A stretch of DNA of 64,000 bases from an uncultured delta proteobacterium. GTDB lineage: Bacteria > Myxococcota_A > Polyangia > Haliangiales > Haliangiaceae. Where the stretch lies: positions 2,624,001 to 2,688,000 of the forward strand of contig CAWKDB010000010.1 in the NCBI GenBank assembly GCA_963848295.1, in the 5' to 3' direction. The position numbers were made by a program, and so were the translations under genes. A model generated the notes under the pieces. The model worked only from the letters and a program-made list of their open reading frames with translations. It was not told the origin of the DNA and ran no database searches. Shown here piece by piece: positions 61,674 through 64,000 of the stretch. The stretch's first letter is position 1, and every line of letters begins with the position of its first letter.

Positions 61674-63440
61674 GTGACCACTCGAACCATCGCCGTGTCG
61701 TTGCTCAGCCTCGCCGCCGCTTGCAAGCAGGGCGATCCGCCGCTCGCCTGCACCGACAAGCCGCTCGTCGCACCGAGCTCGACGACGTTCGTCGACATCT
61801 CGGAAGCGAGCGGGATCCAGCTCGACAACTTCGTCCCCGGCGCGACGAACATCCCGATCAACGATCATAGCCGGCTCGGCTTCGCCGACATCAACGGCGA
61901 CGGCTGCGATGACATCGTCGCGAGCTCGCTGTTCCCGAACCCGCAGGCGGGCATTCCGTTCACCCACCTCGTGTTCTTGTCGAACTGCGATGGGACGTTC
62001 ACCGACTTCACGCAGGAGTCCGGGCTCGCCGACGTCCAGGCCGGGTTCTTCGCGTTCGGCGATATCGACAACGACGGCGATCAGGACTTGTTCGCCGGCC
62101 TCGACGTCCCGCTGCCGGGCTTGGCGAACTCGATGTGGCTCAACGACGGTCAAGGCCACTTCACGCAGGTCGCGAATTCCGGCGTCGAGGGCGAGCTCGG
62201 CAACACGTCGGCCGGCAACGCGGTGTTCGCCGACTTCGACAACGACGGCAAGCTCGATCTGTTCATCGGCAACGGCCAGACCTCGTACCTGTCGACCGAC
62301 GAGCTTCACCTCGGCAACGGCGACGGCACGTTCCGCGATGCGTCGAGTCGCTTGGCCGGCAACATCGCGAGCCCGTCGAACGGCTCGGTCGCGTGTGACT
62401 ACGACAACGACGGCGATCTCGACATCTTCGTGTCGGTCTACGGCGTGTCGAACGGCGGCGCGCAGAACTTCCTCTATCAGAACGACGGCCACGGCAACTT
62501 CACGAACGTCGCGATGCAGACCGGGTTCGCGAGCCTCGCGACCGGCAACTACTGGATCGCCGACGCCAACTTCGGCAAGTCGCCGGAGCCCGGCGCGACG
62601 CCGCAGACGTACGTCGGTTCGAACGGCTTCGGGCTCGCGTGCGTGGATGTCAACAACGACGGCAACCTCGACGTCGTCGTGTCGGCGATCTCGCATCCCG
62701 GCGGCGACTATTCGCGCGTGTGGTCCGATCCGAGCGTGTTGCTGATGAACAGCGGCGAGGCCGGCGGCTACACGTTCACGAACGTCTGGCTCGATCGCGG
62801 CCTGCCGTACAACGAGGGCGACGTCGACGCCGGCATGGTCGACTTCGACAACGACGGCCTCGTCGACATCTCGCTCTCGCGCACCGACAAGTACGAGTCG
62901 GGGTACACGACCGCGCTCCAGCAGGGCTACATGGGGCTCATGCATCAGAAGCCGGACGGCACGTTCGAGGCGCTCGACACGATGGTCGGGCTCACCGACG
63001 AGAAAGGCGGCCCTGGCATGAAGGCCGCGCAGAATCACGCGTGGGCCGACATCGACGGCGACGGCGATCTCGATCTGCTCGTCGGCGGGCGCGATGAAGG
63101 CGGCGGCCGCGCGAACCGACTGTTCCGCAACGACCTCGGCAATCAGAACCACTGGCTCGCGCTGCGCATGGTCGGCGACGGCGTCGCGGTCAATCGCGAT
63201 GCGATCGGCGCGCGTGTCACGCTCGACTTCGGTACGACCAAGCTCGTCCGCGAGGTCCAAGCGAGCCGCGGCACGTACAACTCGATGGACACGCGCACGC
63301 TTTACTTCGGGCTCGGCGAGCTCGGCTGCGACTTCACCGCCGAGGTCCGGTGGCCCGACGGCACGATCGAGACGTTCAACGCCGATCAGACGCAGGTCGA
63401 TCGGATCGCTACGATCACGTATGGCCAGGGCATCGACTGA
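61674..63440 (+). CDS. CRTAC1-family lipoprotein (FG-GAP/VCBS repeats + ASPIC/UnbV)
   Basis: Lipobox LAAAC; seven DxxxDGxxD loops; NRDAIGARV...G.Y.S....LYFGLG...VRWPDG. Confidence 0.88.
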   Translation: MTTRTIAVSLLSLAAACKQGDPPLACTDKPLVAPSSTTFVDISEASGIQLDNFVPGATNIPINDHSRLGFADINGDGCDDIVASSLFPNPQAGIPFTHLVFLSNCDGTFTDFTQESGLADVQAGFFAFGDIDNDGDQDLFAGLDVPLPGLANSMWLNDGQGHFTQVANSGVEGELGNTSAGNAVFADFDNDGKLDLFIGNGQTSYLSTDELHLGNGDGTFRDASSRLAGNIASPSNGSVACDYDNDGDLDIFVSVYGVSNGGAQNFLYQNDGHGNFTNVAMQTGFASLATGNYWIADANFGKSPEPGATPQTYVGSNGFGLACVDVNNDGNLDVVVSAISHPGGDYSRVWSDPSVLLMNSGEAGGYTFTNVWLDRGLPYNEGDVDAGMVDFDNDGLVDISLSRTDKYESGYTTALQQGYMGLMHQKPDGTFEALDTMVGLTDEKGGPGMKAAQNHAWADIDGDGDLDLLVGGRDEGGGRANRLFRNDLGNQNHWLALRMVGDGVAVNRDAIGARVTLDFGTTKLVREVQASRGTYNSMDTRTLYFGLGELGCDFTAEVRWPDGTIETFNADQTQVDRIATITYGQGID

Positions 63441-63494
63441 CTGGGGTGCCTGTCACCGACGTACCGAACCGGACCGTGAGCTCCAGCTCGCCAC

Positions 63495-63615
63495 AAGTTG
63501 ACAAAAGAGACAGCGTCCCCCAAACACGTCCCCCAAACACGCCCAAACACGGCCCAAACACGCAGCCGTAGCTCGGCGACACCGCGCCGCAAAGTGACAA
63601 AAGAGACAGCGTCAC
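63495..63615 (-). repeat. Transposase-free pair of the RAYT-associated repeat with an internal microsatellite
   Basis: AAGTTGACAAAAGAGACAGCGTCCCC (63495-63520) and TGACAAAAGAGACAGCGTCAC (63595-63615), separated by four CCCAAACACG units. Confidence 0.9.
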
Positions 63616-63616
63616 C

Positions 63617-64000
63617 TTACCGAGCGAATTGCGCGAACGCGTGGAGCTCGAGCGTGAAGTCGTCGCGCCGGGTCGGCGTGGTCAGGGTGATCGTGCGCGC
63701 GTAGCTGTGGAGGGCGCGATCGCTGGTGAGCAGCTCGATCGACTTGCCGACTTCGCGCGGGGTGCCGACCACGATGATCCGGCATTGCATGGAGTGGCAC
63801 TCGGTCGCCTTGATGTTCGACACGGTCTCGAGCCGTTCGGCGAGCGCGATCTGGGTGGTCGAGGCCCAGGCGCGATCGATGGGCTCGGCCTCGAACTTCT
63901 GCTCGGCGGTCGGCCCGGTCGGGAGTGGCGGCGGCGGGTTGTCGGGGAGCGCGGGCCACGGGCGATCGGGGGCGGTGGATGGCTCCCGCGCAACCGGCGG
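63617..64000 (-). CDS. Hypothetical protein, 3' part (begins beyond the right edge)
   Basis: Frame open from 64000: ...FEAEPIDRAWA...ECHSMQCRI...QFAR*. Confidence 0.65.
   Translation of the reverse strand, partial: PPVAREPSTAPDRPWPALPDNPPPPLPTGPTAEQKFEAEPIDRAWASTTQIALAERLETVSNIKATECHSMQCRIIVVGTPREVGKSIELLTSDRALHSYARTITLTTPTRRDDFTLELHAFAQFAR

Overview
High-GC DNA with a myxobacterial gene inventory (pilMNOPQ, MglC-like roadblock, SgmX-like TPR protein, Ser/Thr kinase, many lipoproteins). A Myxococcota origin is inferred, not proven. (1) 1-18969 is a self-contained NRPS cluster. An Sfp-type PPTase (runs off the left edge) and an MFS exporter lie on the minus strand. Divergent from them are a ~5,290-aa five-module NRPS ending in a thioester reductase (split by one +1 frameshift near 9145) and a translationally coupled EthA-like Baeyer-Villiger monooxygenase. 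A 57-bp double-hairpin element with a 7-bp direct repeat is inserted in-frame in NRPS A-domain 3. (2) ~19.0-23.5 kb is an accessory islet: a HipA/HTH toxin-antitoxin pair with an operator-like inverted repeat, a lipoprotein, a Fic protein, a ~170-bp foldback, and the 3' end of a group II intron joined back-to-back to a 5'-truncated four-helix-bundle gene. (3) 23.5-35 kb holds envelope and signalling genes. (4) 35-54 kb is a conserved block: fumC, sgmX-like, accC, accB, aroQ, mglC-like, aroKB, pilQPONM and a sigma54 activator. PilQ carries a ~630-aa coiled-coil insert. (5) 55.3-56.6 kb is an HUH/RAYT-like tyrosine transposase with a C-terminal DnaA-like HTH. It is bracketed by nested inverted repeats, and the outer 27-bp pair supplies the stop codons of both flanking genes. 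A transposase-free copy of the repeat pair lies at 63.5 kb. (6) The remainder holds FHA-GGDEF, glpK, a VOC protein, an ECF sigma factor with a sigma54-type promoter, and a CRTAC1-family protein. No rRNA, tRNA or CRISPR array was seen.
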